From positions 1,526 through 65,525 of IMG/VR virus record IMGVR_UViG_3300033076_001518: a stretch of DNA of 64,000 nt. One strand, written 5' to 3'. The DNA is from a virus (taxonomy: Duplodnaviria; Caudoviricetes). Below the pieces are notes generated by a model, which had not been told where the DNA came from, ran no database searches, and saw only the letters and a program-made list of their open reading frames with translations. The position numbers and the translations under genes were made by a program. Of the stretch, positions 9,799 through 19,737 are shown in pieces (the stretch's first letter is position 1; each line of letters begins with the position of its first letter).

Positions 9799-12164
9799 AC
9801 TCTCCGCTGACGATGCTCGCGAGATTCGCCGACGGTGGAGCGGTCGATCCTTACGCAGCTATCCGCACGCTCAACCTGCAGGCGCCGATTGCTCGACGCT
9901 TCGAGCAGTACAGGCTGGATCAAGGACCGGACGGCTCTGGCGCGAGCTACGACTGGGCGGGCGTCCAGAACGCAGGTGCGACGCAAGACGAGATTGGCCT
10001 TTTGATGTCGGGCGCGGCGAACGACTGGGGTTTCGACCCACGGTGGCGCTCCGGCGATCTCGCGCAGTTCGGCTCCAAATACGAGGGGATCCGAGATCTT
10101 GGTGATGGGCGCGTCGCTGTCACGATGCAGCGGCCCGGCGGCCACAAGTACGACACGATGGACGTGACGTATCAGCAGGGGCCGAACGGCTGGCAGATGG
10201 TGGGCGAACCGACGATGACGCGTCAGGTGTCGTCGATGCAAACCAATTTGCACGACAACATCGACGCCATCGCACCCATTCTCATCGCTGCTGGCCTCGG
10301 CGCTGCAGGCGCGACGTATGGCGGCGCCGGCGCAAGTGCTGCAGAAGCCGGTGCTGCAGGCGCGGGATCGACTGCTTCTAGCGGAGCCGCCGCACAGCAA
10401 ATGGCGACCACCGCCGCGCGCAATGCGCTGATCAACGGTACGCTCGCCGAGGCGCGCGGTGGGAATTTCATGGACGGCGCGCGAGCGGGCGCTCTCTCCG
10501 GGCTGGCCGCGCCGATCGGTGCCGCTGCTTCTGGCGCAGCGACGGGCGCGGGTTTCGGCTCCACCGCCGCAGCGGCGTTGGGCGGCGCGGCCGCAGGCGC
10601 GTCGGGCGCGGCATTGAGCAGCGCAGCGCGCGGCGACGACCTCGATCTCGACGCCATCCTTGCCGGCGCCGCTAGCGGCGGCACGGGCGCGGGCGTGAGC
10701 GACGTGCTAGGCGGCGGGTTCGCGGGCTCGCTCGGCGGGAGGACCGCCAGCGGCGTAGTAGCCGGACGCGACCTTGACGACGCGTTCGCAGGTGCGCTGC
10801 GCGGAACGCTCACAAACCCCAACTCATATCGTGGTGGCTCTTCTTCGAGCCAAGCAGAGGGCAGCATGGACATCCCGGAAACCGACATGTGGACCTACGG
10901 TGACGACAGCCTGCCGGAAACCGACACGTGGGACTACGGCGAGCCCGCGCCGGCAGCTGTCGACGACTTCGACTGGGGCAGTCGCGAGGGCAACAACTAC
11001 GGCGACCCGGGCTTGACGCAGGGTTCCGGCGGTTCGCCTTGGAACAGCAGCGAGCCGAACTGGTGGGACGGGATCGCCGAAGCGGGCGGCGGCGCACTGA
11101 GCTCCATCGGCAACTGGCTCGGCCAGATCTGGCAGGGCAACCCTCAGTCGCGCAACCAAGCGAACGCGCTCCTCGGCCTACTGGGCGCTTACCAGGCCTA
11201 CCGCGCCAACTCCGGGAGCCAAGGCGCGGTCGGCGGAGCAGGGCGCCTGTCGCCGCAGCAGTTGCAGAGCATGCTCCCGGGCAACAACGCCAACGCGACG
11301 TGGAATGCCGCGCAGCAAGCGGCTTCGCAGCGCTTCTTCACCTCGCCTCTGACTCAGCCAACGCAGCCTTCGGGCGCCACTGCGCTTCAACGCTACGGCG
11401 TCGATCCGATGGCGCCGAAGTACGCCGACGGTGGTGAGGTGCTGCCGGCGCCGCGCACCGGGTTCTACGACCGCGTGCAGCAGATGTCGCCGCTCGAGAT
11501 CATGCGTCTCCTCAGCTCAACGATGGGGCAGGGAGTCTTGACGGACCGCGACCGCCAGATGCTCACGCGCATGATCTACGAGCCGCCGCCGCATCCGCTC
11601 AATCAGCTCGCGCGCCCCGGGGACGCCTACGCCGACGGTGGCGAGGTGCTGCCGGCGCGACGCCCCACGGACCCGGTGCCGGGGACCCGAGGTCCGATTC
11701 GGAGGCCGAACGGGGCCTCCCCCGCAGAGGAGGCCGCGCTCCGTGCTGTTTACCAGCGCGGGGCTGCGACGCCTCCGCGTTCGGCTGCCAGCGTTCCGAT
11801 GCCAGGCCCCGGCGCCCCGCGCGTCACGGTCGAGAGGCTCCGCCGTGCGGGCGAGTACGCCGCGGGTGGCGAGGTCATGGAAGAGGGCCCGCTGAGCATG
11901 CTCGGCGGTCCGCAGCATGAAGGCCCCGGGTTCGTGATGTCGGGCGAAGGCGGCGGCCAAGACGACCAGGTCGACGCGGCACTGAGCCCGGGCGAGTACG
12001 TGTTCGACGCGGACGTGGTCTCCGCGCTCGGAGACGGCTCAAACGACGAGGGCGCGCGTATCCTCGACGAGATGCGCGAGAACATCCGGCGCCACAAGCG
12101 CTCCGCACCTCCCACCGAGATCCCGCCCAAGGCCAAACCGCCCGAAGCCTACCTCCCGAGCTGA
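9795..12164 (+). CDS. internal virion / DNA ejection protein
   Basis: ATG 9795; Gly/Ala-rich hydrophobic core; four [FY]AxGG motifs; C-terminal DDQVDAALSPGEYV resembles tape-measure C-termini. Confidence 0.7.
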   Translation: MNSPLTMLARFADGGAVDPYAAIRTLNLQAPIARRFEQYRLDQGPDGSGASYDWAGVQNAGATQDEIGLLMSGAANDWGFDPRWRSGDLAQFGSKYEGIRDLGDGRVAVTMQRPGGHKYDTMDVTYQQGPNGWQMVGEPTMTRQVSSMQTNLHDNIDAIAPILIAAGLGAAGATYGGAGASAAEAGAAGAGSTASSGAAAQQMATTAARNALINGTLAEARGGNFMDGARAGALSGLAAPIGAAASGAATGAGFGSTAAAALGGAAAGASGAALSSAARGDDLDLDAILAGAASGGTGAGVSDVLGGGFAGSLGGRTASGVVAGRDLDDAFAGALRGTLTNPNSYRGGSSSSQAEGSMDIPETDMWTYGDDSLPETDTWDYGEPAPAAVDDFDWGSREGNNYGDPGLTQGSGGSPWNSSEPNWWDGIAEAGGGALSSIGNWLGQIWQGNPQSRNQANALLGLLGAYQAYRANSGSQGAVGGAGRLSPQQLQSMLPGNNANATWNAAQQAASQRFFTSPLTQPTQPSGATALQRYGVDPMAPKYADGGEVLPAPRTGFYDRVQQMSPLEIMRLLSSTMGQGVLTDRDRQMLTRMIYEPPPHPLNQLARPGDAYADGGEVLPARRPTDPVPGTRGPIRRPNGASPAEEAALRAVYQRGAATPPRSAASVPMPGPGAPRVTVERLRRAGEYAAGGEVMEEGPLSMLGGPQHEGPGFVMSGEGGGQDDQVDAALSPGEYVFDADVVSALGDGSNDEGARILDEMRENIRRHKRSAPPTEIPPKAKPPEAYLPS
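11421..11657 (+). repeat. 30-nt direct repeat (11421-11450 and 11628-11657) encoding YADGGEVLPA
   Basis: tacgccgacggtggtgaggtgctgccggcg versus tacgccgacggtggcgaggtgctgccggcg, 29/30 identical. Confidence 0.9.
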
Positions 12165-12179
12165 TCGCGGAGCTTCATC

Positions 12180-13178
12180 ATGACGATCCTCGACAATCTG
12201 ACCAACAATCCGCAGACCGCGAACACCACGGCCACCGCCACGCAGCAGACGCTGCCGGCCTGGTACACCGACTTCCTGCAAAACATGGCAGGGCGCGGGA
12301 TCGACATCGCGAACCGCGGTTACACCCCGTACGAAGGTGCGCGAGTGGCGGGGCTCTCCCCGCTGCAGCAGGCGGCCATCACGATGGTGCAGAACGGCGC
12401 GGGCTCAGAGGCGCCGTGGCTGACGCAGGCTCAGTCGGCGATCACCGGCGCGCTGGGTCAGCTCGGCGCCGCTGGCACGCCCCGTACTTGGCCCGGCGCG
12501 GCTCAGGAGTACATGAGCCCGTACACCTCGCGGGTCGTGGACGATATCGCGCGACGTGGAAACCAGAACTTCAACGAGCGACTGCTTCCATCGATCCAAG
12601 CTTCGTTCGCCGCCAACGGGCAGTTCGGCTCCACGCGGTTCGCGGACGCCGCGACGCGGGCCGCGCGGGACGTCCAAGACAACATCTCCGGCACCCAGGC
12701 CAACGCGCTCGAGTCGGGTTACCGGTCCTCGGCCGACATCTTCGGCGCGGACGCCAACCGCGCAATGACCGGCGGGCTCCAGTCGGCGCAGATCGGGCTC
12801 GGCGCGGGGCAGCAGCTCGGAGCACTTGGCCAGATGAGCCAGAACCTCCGCATCGGCGACGCGAACGCGCTCACGGGCCTCGGCGGGCTGCAACAGCAGA
12901 ACCAGCAGCTCGGCCTGAACACCGCGTACACCGATTGGCAGACGCAGCAGGGCTGGGACATGAACCAGCTGAACCAGCTGCGAGGGCTCATCTCCGGCAT
13001 GCAGCTGCCGGGCGGCGCCACGTCGGTTTCGAACGCTCCCGGCACCCCGCAAGCCAGCCCGCTGCAGTGGATTGGCTCGTTCATCAATCAGATCCCTCAG
13101 GGCGGACTCTTCCCGCAACAGCAGCCCGGCGCGGCAGCGGGCACGAACGTCGGGAACACGCTGGGCGACCGCCCGTAA
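12180..13178 (+). CDS. DNA pilot / ejection protein
   Basis: 332 aa, Gln/Gly/Ala-rich; YMSPY, QFGSTR, AYTDW...Q motifs typical of podovirus core proteins. Confidence 0.7.
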   Translation: MTILDNLTNNPQTANTTATATQQTLPAWYTDFLQNMAGRGIDIANRGYTPYEGARVAGLSPLQQAAITMVQNGAGSEAPWLTQAQSAITGALGQLGAAGTPRTWPGAAQEYMSPYTSRVVDDIARRGNQNFNERLLPSIQASFAANGQFGSTRFADAATRAARDVQDNISGTQANALESGYRSSADIFGADANRAMTGGLQSAQIGLGAGQQLGALGQMSQNLRIGDANALTGLGGLQQQNQQLGLNTAYTDWQTQQGWDMNQLNQLRGLISGMQLPGGATSVSNAPGTPQASPLQWIGSFINQIPQGGLFPQQQPGAAAGTNVGNTLGDRP

Positions 13179-13193
13179 CGCGAGAGACGGCCA

Positions 13194-14582
13194 ATGGACG
13201 AAGAAGATCTCTCTCCAGGCGACGAAGCCGAAGCGCCCGGACCGCGGGCCCCCTCGGCCGCGCCGCGTACGCCAAACTCTCCGCTTTCTCTCCTGGCGGA
13301 GTCGGGCGACGTCTTCGGGGGCCTCACGCCCGAAGCGCTCATGGGCGAGGCGCGGAAGTTCACCGACCCGGAGGCGCCCTTCCAGGCGCGGGCTGCTGCC
13401 TGGATGAAGCCCGCGACTAGTTTCAGCGAGGCCTACGGCAACGCGCTGGCGGGATACAGCGACGCGAAGACGAAGCAGGACGCGCTGGCCGCCAAGTACT
13501 TCCCTGTGGTGGCCCGCGTGGCCCAGCAGCGACAGCAGGCCATGCTCGCTCAGCAGGCGAACCAGCGCGCCACGCTCGACGCCGCGGCGGGCGCCTCGCT
13601 CATGGACCCGCAGCTGTCGCACGAGCGGCTCGAAGCGCAGATCTCCGGTCTCGTGCAGCAGGGACGCGTGCCCGGCGCGATGGCGGAGAAGTTCCTCGCC
13701 AGTCTGCCGCGCGATCCCGCCGAGCTTCGTCAGTCTTTGACGACCGCCGCGCTCACGCGCCTCGACCCCTATCGCGCGGTTCAGAAGCCGGAGTTGCATA
13801 AAGTCGGCGCCGACACGAACCTGGTCTCGATCAACCCGGTCACGCAGAAGAGCACGACGATCGCTAGCGGCGGCGAGAAGCGGCTGCCGTTCGAGAAAGC
13901 GCTCGCGAAGCTGCTAGAGACGGCGCCTGGAAGCCCGGATCGTCAATACTGGCAGACGTACGTGAGCAAGCTCATGACGCATCAGCCGGCGCCGCAGGTC
14001 AATGTCAGCACCGAGAGGCCGCTGCTGAATTCCTTCATGGACGTTGTCGGCAAGACGTTCGGCGACGCGCACGCGGGGGCCCAGGGCGCAGTCGGCACGA
14101 TCGGCACAATCAACACGCTTCTCACCGCGCTGGACGCGCCGAACATGGTTGGTCCTGGCGCGACGGCGGCACAGGTCCTCGGGCGGTTGGCCGAAGTTGG
14201 CGGGTTTGGTGGCAAGGACAATCGCGAGCGGCTTGCGAATACCAAGATCGTCCTGCAGCAGCTGGCCCAGCTAGAACTTGACGCCGGCTCTCAGATGAAG
14301 GGTCAGGGCGCCATCACGGACAACGAGCGCGCGATCTTGAAGAAGGCCCAAGCCGGCGACTTGTGGGACGATCCGCGGGAGATTCGCGCAGGTCTGCTGA
14401 CCTTGGCGCAGCGCGCTCGTAAACGCATCGACAACTACAACACCCGCGCTCGCCAGATCATGGCTATTCCGGGGCTGGAGCGAGTAGCTCCGCTGATCAT
14501 GATCGATCCGAACGATCCGACCAGCACGCCGAACGTGGTCGACTTCGACGCGCAGGGCCGCCCGCTGCCGCCGAAGAAGTAG
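13194..14582 (+). CDS. internal virion / ejection protein
   Basis: 462 aa, predicted helical; C-terminal QMKGQGAITDNERAIL; part of the ejection-gene run. Confidence 0.65.
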   Translation: MDEEDLSPGDEAEAPGPRAPSAAPRTPNSPLSLLAESGDVFGGLTPEALMGEARKFTDPEAPFQARAAAWMKPATSFSEAYGNALAGYSDAKTKQDALAAKYFPVVARVAQQRQQAMLAQQANQRATLDAAAGASLMDPQLSHERLEAQISGLVQQGRVPGAMAEKFLASLPRDPAELRQSLTTAALTRLDPYRAVQKPELHKVGADTNLVSINPVTQKSTTIASGGEKRLPFEKALAKLLETAPGSPDRQYWQTYVSKLMTHQPAPQVNVSTERPLLNSFMDVVGKTFGDAHAGAQGAVGTIGTINTLLTALDAPNMVGPGATAAQVLGRLAEVGGFGGKDNRERLANTKIVLQQLAQLELDAGSQMKGQGAITDNERAILKKAQAGDLWDDPREIRAGLLTLAQRARKRIDNYNTRARQIMAIPGLERVAPLIMIDPNDPTSTPNVVDFDAQGRPLPPKK

Positions 14583-14591
14583 GAGCTCGCC

Positions 14592-16808
14592 GTGGACGAA
14601 GACCGCATCATCGAGCAGCTTCCGGACGGTCGGATCCTTCGCTTCCCGAAAGGCACCTCGCCGGAGGTCATCGCTCGTGTGAAACAAGAGCAGATGGCTG
14701 CTGCCGCACCAGCTACCGCGGCTTCTGGGCCCGCTGCTGCGGCGCCTCCAGCCCGCGCGGAATCGGCCCCGCAACGCGGCACCGGCAAGCCTGGCGCGTT
14801 GGCCGACAGTTTTCTGGAGCGCGCGGCGCGCGGCGCGGTGATCAATCGCATCGACCCCGCGGCCGAGATGGCGGCTCGTCTCGGCGCGCGCGTCGGCCTG
14901 GCGTCGGAGGACGACGTGCGACGCGTTCAGGGGATGAACGCCGAGCGCCGAGAGCTGCAGAAAGAGTCTCGCGCGCGCGCCGGCTCCGAGGGTTTCGACT
15001 GGGCGGCGCTCTCCGGCACGGTTCCGCTCGACGTGCTGACGTTGCGAGGTCTCTTCGGGCTCTCGGGAAGCCGAGCGCTCCAGAACCCGCAGGATTTGAT
15101 GGAGATCACGAAGGCCGGCGCCGCTTCGGGCGCGGTGACGGGGCTCGTAGGCCCTTCGGAAGACAGCGAGAAACGCTCGGACCTCGGGCTGCTGTGGGAC
15201 AAGACGAAGCAGACCGCCATGGGCGGCGCGTTCGGCGCGGTAGCGGCTCCGCTCGTCGCGCTCGGCATCAACAAGGCGACCGAAATCGGCCAGAACGCAG
15301 TGGGCGCCATCAAGCGGACAGCCCAGCGGATGGTCGCGCCCAGCGTCGACCAGAAGACGGTCGCGGATCCGCGGTCGTTGGAAGCGTACCTCACCGAGCA
15401 AGCACAGCGTAACAACATCGACTGGGCCAAGCTTCCGGAGACCGTCCGAGCTTCGCTCCGCGAAGCCACGCGTCGCGCCGTGAGCGTGACGGGTGAGCTT
15501 CCGAACGCCGCAGTGAGGAACCGGTTGATCGCCGAGGCGGAAGGCCTCCCGCCACTGACGCTCGGTCAGGCGACTCGCGACCCCATGCAGTTCAGCCGCG
15601 AAGCGAACTCGCCGGAAGAGACTCTGCGTACGTATCTCGCCAGCCAGCGCGACACGGCCACGGCCCACCTCCGCGAGCGCGGGGGCGCGTTCGGCCCACA
15701 GAAATCGCCCTACGAAGTCGGTACCGCTATCGGCGACGATATCGCAGCGCAAGCCGCGGCGAAACGCAAAGCGATCGATGCGCTGTACAGCGAGTTGAAG
15801 TCGGACGCCGCGGGCTACCATCGCATCGCGAACACTCCCGATTTCGTTCGCAACGCGGTCTCTAACCTGAAAGTCCAGCAGCTCTACGACGACCTGCCGC
15901 CTGCTTTCAGGAAGCAGCTTGAAGCTCTCGAGACCGAAGGCGGGAAGCTCAGCATTCGCGACGCGGTTCAGCTCTGGCAGAACATCAACAGCTACTACGG
16001 CGCTACCGTCGGTACGCCGCAAGGCGTAGCGTTGAACTCGCTGAAGGCTGATCTGCGAGCTTTGCTCGACGACGCCAAGTTCACGAACACGGACAAAGGC
16101 AGCGCCGTTCTAGACAAGTTCCGCGCTGCGAACCAGGCCCGTCGTCAGATGGGTGAGTGGGAAGAGACGTCGGCAGCGATCGCAGAGCTGGCCTCCCGGA
16201 AGCCGGCGATCGCGGCGGAGCGCGTCTTCACCCGGTACATCATGAACGGCAGCGTGAAGGACTTCACCGGCCTGTGGAGCACACTGCCGCAAGAGACGCA
16301 GGGGCTGATCCGTCGCCACTTCGTCGACACGGTGGCCTCCGCAGCCATGAACAAGACAGAGTCCACCGCGGTAGGCGCCGCGGGCTCGGCGATGAAGATG
16401 CTGCGCGATTTTCCGAAGGAGAAACTCTCGCTCATGTTCAAGCCAGAGGAGCTGAAAAGCCTCCGCAACACGCTCGAGTACTTGCGGCTCACCGCCGAAG
16501 CGCCGAACGGTAGTTTCGTGAACCGTTCGAACTCGCTGGTGGATCTGAAAGACTTTCTCAGCCGTACCGAGCATTTCCCGCTCGTCGGGCCGTGGGCTAC
16601 GGGGCCCGCCAAGCGGCTCATGGAGCAGAATGCGGCCCGGCGCGCCATCGAAGGCAACGGGCTCGCTGTCGGGCCGCCTCAAACGACGGTGCCGGCGGCG
16701 GTGCGCCACATCGAGCAGCTTACGCCTCTGCTTGTCGCTCCTCGCGGACGCGACGCGGTGGGCGGTGGGCTGGAGTTCCTACGTCAAACCGAGCAGGAGC
16801 GGCCATGA
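14592..16808 (+). CDS. large internal virion / ejection protein
   Basis: 738 aa from GTG after AGGAG; N-terminal LPDGRILRFPKGTSPEVI motif; helical. Confidence 0.65.
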   Translation: MDEDRIIEQLPDGRILRFPKGTSPEVIARVKQEQMAAAAPATAASGPAAAAPPARAESAPQRGTGKPGALADSFLERAARGAVINRIDPAAEMAARLGARVGLASEDDVRRVQGMNAERRELQKESRARAGSEGFDWAALSGTVPLDVLTLRGLFGLSGSRALQNPQDLMEITKAGAASGAVTGLVGPSEDSEKRSDLGLLWDKTKQTAMGGAFGAVAAPLVALGINKATEIGQNAVGAIKRTAQRMVAPSVDQKTVADPRSLEAYLTEQAQRNNIDWAKLPETVRASLREATRRAVSVTGELPNAAVRNRLIAEAEGLPPLTLGQATRDPMQFSREANSPEETLRTYLASQRDTATAHLRERGGAFGPQKSPYEVGTAIGDDIAAQAAAKRKAIDALYSELKSDAAGYHRIANTPDFVRNAVSNLKVQQLYDDLPPAFRKQLEALETEGGKLSIRDAVQLWQNINSYYGATVGTPQGVALNSLKADLRALLDDAKFTNTDKGSAVLDKFRAANQARRQMGEWEETSAAIAELASRKPAIAAERVFTRYIMNGSVKDFTGLWSTLPQETQGLIRRHFVDTVASAAMNKTESTAVGAAGSAMKMLRDFPKEKLSLMFKPEELKSLRNTLEYLRLTAEAPNGSFVNRSNSLVDLKDFLSRTEHFPLVGPWATGPAKRLMEQNAARRAIEGNGLAVGPPQTTVPAAVRHIEQLTPLLVAPRGRDAVGGGLEFLRQTEQERP

Positions 16809-17020
16809 GCGAGCCGACGGATAGCGGACCAGTCCCTCTCACCGACGCGCAGATGGAGCGGATCGCCGAGAAAGCGGCCGCCAAGGCGGTGCAGAAGATG
16901 ACCGGCAAGATGTACGAGGAGGTTGGCCGCAGCGTCGTCTCCAAGGGGTTGACCGTGCTAGGCGTGGTTGCCGTGGCCGCGCTCTCGTACCTCTACAGCA
17001 AAGGTTTCATCAAGCTATGA
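16805..17020 (+). CDS. small membrane protein (one C-terminal TM helix)
   Basis: ATGA overlap; RIAEKAAAKAVQKM...GLTVLGVVAVAALSYLYSKG. Confidence 0.6.
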   Translation: MSEPTDSGPVPLTDAQMERIAEKAAAKAVQKMTGKMYEEVGRSVVSKGLTVLGVVAVAALSYLYSKGFIKL

Positions 17021-17988
17021 GCGGCGAAGGGCCGCTGGCCAAACTCCTCACCGCGCTCATCAACGGCGCGAGCGCGCAGAAGAAACTCGAGCGCGCCGTC
17101 GGAGAAGAGTTCTACCGCGCAGCGGACGACGTGCCGGACATGTTCCGTCGAGGCCGTCGCTACGGACAGTCGCGAGCTGATCTCGAGAATCAGTTCGGGG
17201 TTCAATTCCGCGACTATCCGGGTTCGACCAGCGTCACCGTGCCCGGCGCGGCGGGTAAGGCTTCGATGGACTACGTGATGAGTCCCGGGCCAAGCGACAC
17301 CGCCACTTTTCCGCGGTACCGGCCGCGGGTCATGTTCGATACGTCTATGCTCGCTCCTCCAGGCACCTCTAGCGGCGCGGGTGCGGGGCGCGGAGCCTAC
17401 GCAGCGATGTTCGGTACTTTGCTCGAGAATCCCGAGCTCGTCAACATGGTCGATTCGACGGGGCTCACTCGCCGTAACGAGCACCGGCGCAACCTCAACC
17501 AAGCCGCAGCGCTACTACGCGCTCCGGAGCTGAGCCGTCAGATCGCACTCGATCCATTCCAGTTCGCTCACCAACGCAGGGTCGATCCAGAGCAGTTCAT
17601 GAGGCGATCCCCCGTAGAACAGGTCGGAGCACTGCAGGCAGAGGGCGCGCTGCAGACGATCCGCCGCATGGACGAAACGGCGCACGCAGCAAAAGGCAAA
17701 GCAGGAGGAGAGGAATTCGCAGCAAAGCTGCAGGAAGCTCGGCGTCGGGCTTTCCGAAGCTCCGACCCGGCAGATTTCAGCGTGCTGGCTACGCTACTGA
17801 GAGAAGGCGAGAGCCTCGGCATCCCCAAGAGTCTTTACGACACCATTGGCGAGGGCGCCCTCCGCCGCGCCGCCTTGGTGAGCGACATCGTCGATGGGCG
17901 CCCCGGGGCGCGCGCGAACCTGTACTCAGGTCTGGAGTTCGCTCGCGGCGGCGGCGTTCGCAACGGCCGCGGCTTCTTCCGCCGCTAG
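17017..17988 (+). CDS. hypothetical late protein ending in an FARGG motif
   Basis: 323-aa ORF with ATGA coupling; last gene of the + strand arm. Confidence 0.6.
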   Translation: MSGEGPLAKLLTALINGASAQKKLERAVGEEFYRAADDVPDMFRRGRRYGQSRADLENQFGVQFRDYPGSTSVTVPGAAGKASMDYVMSPGPSDTATFPRYRPRVMFDTSMLAPPGTSSGAGAGRGAYAAMFGTLLENPELVNMVDSTGLTRRNEHRRNLNQAAALLRAPELSRQIALDPFQFAHQRRVDPEQFMRRSPVEQVGALQAEGALQTIRRMDETAHAAKGKAGGEEFAAKLQEARRRAFRSSDPADFSVLATLLREGESLGIPKSLYDTIGEGALRRAALVSDIVDGRPGARANLYSGLEFARGGGVRNGRGFFRR

Positions 17989-18798
17989 ACGACGCGCCAG
18001 CAGTCCGCTCGCCAGCCGCGCGACGCGGCCGGTCTCGGCGTGAAGTCGGTAGGTCTCCGCGCCGTTGTAGCCCCCCGCCAGGTTCCAGACGATCGGGGTG
18101 CGGGTGGTCATGGCGGTCAGGAAGACCATCTCGTCACGGTCGCGCCAGTCGTTGTCGGTGAGGTAGCCCACCCCGTACGGGTCGTTCTCGTGGGCGTCGG
18201 CGCCTGCCTGGTACAGGATCAGGTTCCACGGGCCGTCGCGCAGCGCGGCGTCGATCCGGTGGAACCAGGTCGTGCGGCTCATGCGCGTCACGTTGCGGAT
18301 GTACGCGCCGAGCCCCAGCCTCGCGATCACGTCGTCGGTGCCGTCGCCGTAGTGGCCGTCGCCGTCGATGATCAGCACGCGCCCCACGATCGGGCAGCCG
18401 AGCGCGACGAGGGCCGCCAGCACGAGCCCGTTGAACGTGCAGTAGCCGTGGCCGTCCGCGAAGCCTGCGTGATGGAACCCGCTGACGGGCGCCAGGATGG
18501 GGTCGCCCGGGTTCTTCAGCGCCAGCTCGGCCGCGGTGCGCATGGCGCCGTTGGCGGCCAGGACGTGCGCCAGCGTACGCTGGTCCTGGGTGCCGAACCC
18601 GTTGCGGCGCGTGCCGTTGAGGACGCTGTCGACGTAGTCCATGCTGTGCACGCTCACCAGCTCTTCGCGGAACGCGGGCGGGGCGAGGGCTTCCTCGTCG
18701 TCCGGGCCGAAGATGGCGTCGACGACGCGCTTCGGCTTCGACAGCGAGATGAATGCTTCGGGCATGGCAGCGAGCGCAGGGTTCCAGGTGAACTTCAC
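17926..18798 (-). CDS. histone deacetylase (HDAC/AcuC/APAH) family Zn-dependent deacetylase
   Basis: GTG 18798 with AGGAGG, overlapping the upstream stop; SGFHHA, GYCTFN, IIDGDGHYGDGT, AGADAHENDP and AGGY motifs in canonical order. Confidence 0.9.
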   Translation of the reverse strand: MKFTWNPALAAMPEAFISLSKPKRVVDAIFGPDDEEALAPPAFREELVSVHSMDYVDSVLNGTRRNGFGTQDQRTLAHVLAANGAMRTAAELALKNPGDPILAPVSGFHHAGFADGHGYCTFNGLVLAALVALGCPIVGRVLIIDGDGHYGDGTDDVIARLGLGAYIRNVTRMSRTTWFHRIDAALRDGPWNLILYQAGADAHENDPYGVGYLTDNDWRDRDEMVFLTAMTTRTPIVWNLAGGYNGAETYRLHAETGRVARLASGLLARRLAAEEAAAVANAAAASELQT

Positions 18799-19184
18799 GG
18801 GTAGACCTCCTTGATGAAGGCGTTCAGTATATCCCGGATTTCGGCAAGTTCGTCGACGCGCCCCCAGCAGTAAAGCGCGCCGAGGATGCGCTTTTCTGCG
18901 GACGTCAGCTGGGGCCGCGCGGCGATGTAGCGGGCGAGCGGCGTCGTGCCGTGACGGTGGCGCCCGTGCGGATGGTAGCGCCCCTGGTTCACGACCTCGA
19001 TGAGCTTCTCGAGGTAGTGGCTGGCCTTCTCCAAGTCCTGGCGCCCGGCCTTCTTGGCGTGGCGGTCCAGGTACTTGGTGAACTGCCCCTCGAGGTAACT
19101 GAGGTTCGCATCGACGACGAAGTCCCAGTGCTGGTACGGGGCCGCGTAGTGGGTACCGCCCACCTGGCGTTCGTTGGCGCTCAT
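18795..19184 (-). CDS. DUF3310/SaV-like nucleotide-modification-associated protein
   Basis: RQVGGTHY...QHWDF...KYLDRHAKKAGRQDLEKASHYL. Confidence 0.75.
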   Translation of the reverse strand: MSANERQVGGTHYAAPYQHWDFVVDANLSYLEGQFTKYLDRHAKKAGRQDLEKASHYLEKLIEVVNQGRYHPHGRHRHGTTPLARYIAARPQLTSAEKRILGALYCWGRVDELAEIRDILNAFIKEVYP

Positions 19185-19735
19185 TCCATCTCCCTGAGTT
19201 CGGCGAGGATCGCACGCGCTGCGCCGAGGTCGAAGTTCGGGCGGTCGTCGTGCAGCCGGGCCAGCTTGGCGAAAGCGTTGCCGGTGTAGGCAAGATAGTT
19301 TTCGAAGATGGGGTCTACCAGCTTGTTGCCCATGAGCCGCTCGCGCCGGCAGAAGAGCAGCCCTTCGAGCTTGTCGACGAAATCGGCCACCGCCGCCTCG
19401 AAGCCAGAAAGCGGCGGCGGGACGTAGTCGACACGTTCACGCAGCAGCTCGGCCTCGACGTTGTCGATGTTGCCCTGACTGTGCGCATCGAGTCTTCGCT
19501 TGAAGTTGCCCGGGATGTCGCCCGTGAACCGCTCGCCTGCATCATGGCCCAGCAGGTGGAGAAGAAGCGCGCCCGGCGGCTCGTCGCGGTAGAACGTCGT
19601 CGCGAGCCAGATGAGGTTGTAGACGTGCTGCGCCACGTCCTGACGGCGGATGAGCCCGCCGAGCGAGGTGTGGTAGCGAAGGGTCTCGCCGCAGCGCAGA
19701 CGGCCCTCGACGAGTGCTAGCGAAAGGCTGCCCAT
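19181..19735 (-). CDS. HD-domain deoxynucleotide hydrolase (YfbR-like)
   Basis: RYHT...QDVAQH...HDAGERFTGDIP...DKLEG; ATG 19735 just after the upstream stop. Confidence 0.8.
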   Translation of the reverse strand: MGSLSLALVEGRLRCGETLRYHTSLGGLIRRQDVAQHVYNLIWLATTFYRDEPPGALLLHLLGHDAGERFTGDIPGNFKRRLDAHSQGNIDNVEAELLRERVDYVPPPLSGFEAAVADFVDKLEGLLFCRRERLMGNKLVDPIFENYLAYTGNAFAKLARLHDDRPNFDLGAARAILAELREME

Positions 19736-19737
19736 GA

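Noticed and set aside
14271-16022. 583-aa minus-strand ORF (and similar ones at 12405-13799, 7955-9310, 55005-56345)
   Set aside because: Shadows of plus-strand virion genes; Arg/Gly-rich composition with no recognisable motifs.
18799-19293. Upstream extension of the HDAC ORF to 455 aa
   Set aside because: The extension overlaps the DUF3310-like and HD genes; GTG 18798 has an AGGAGG site and a 4-nt stop overlap.
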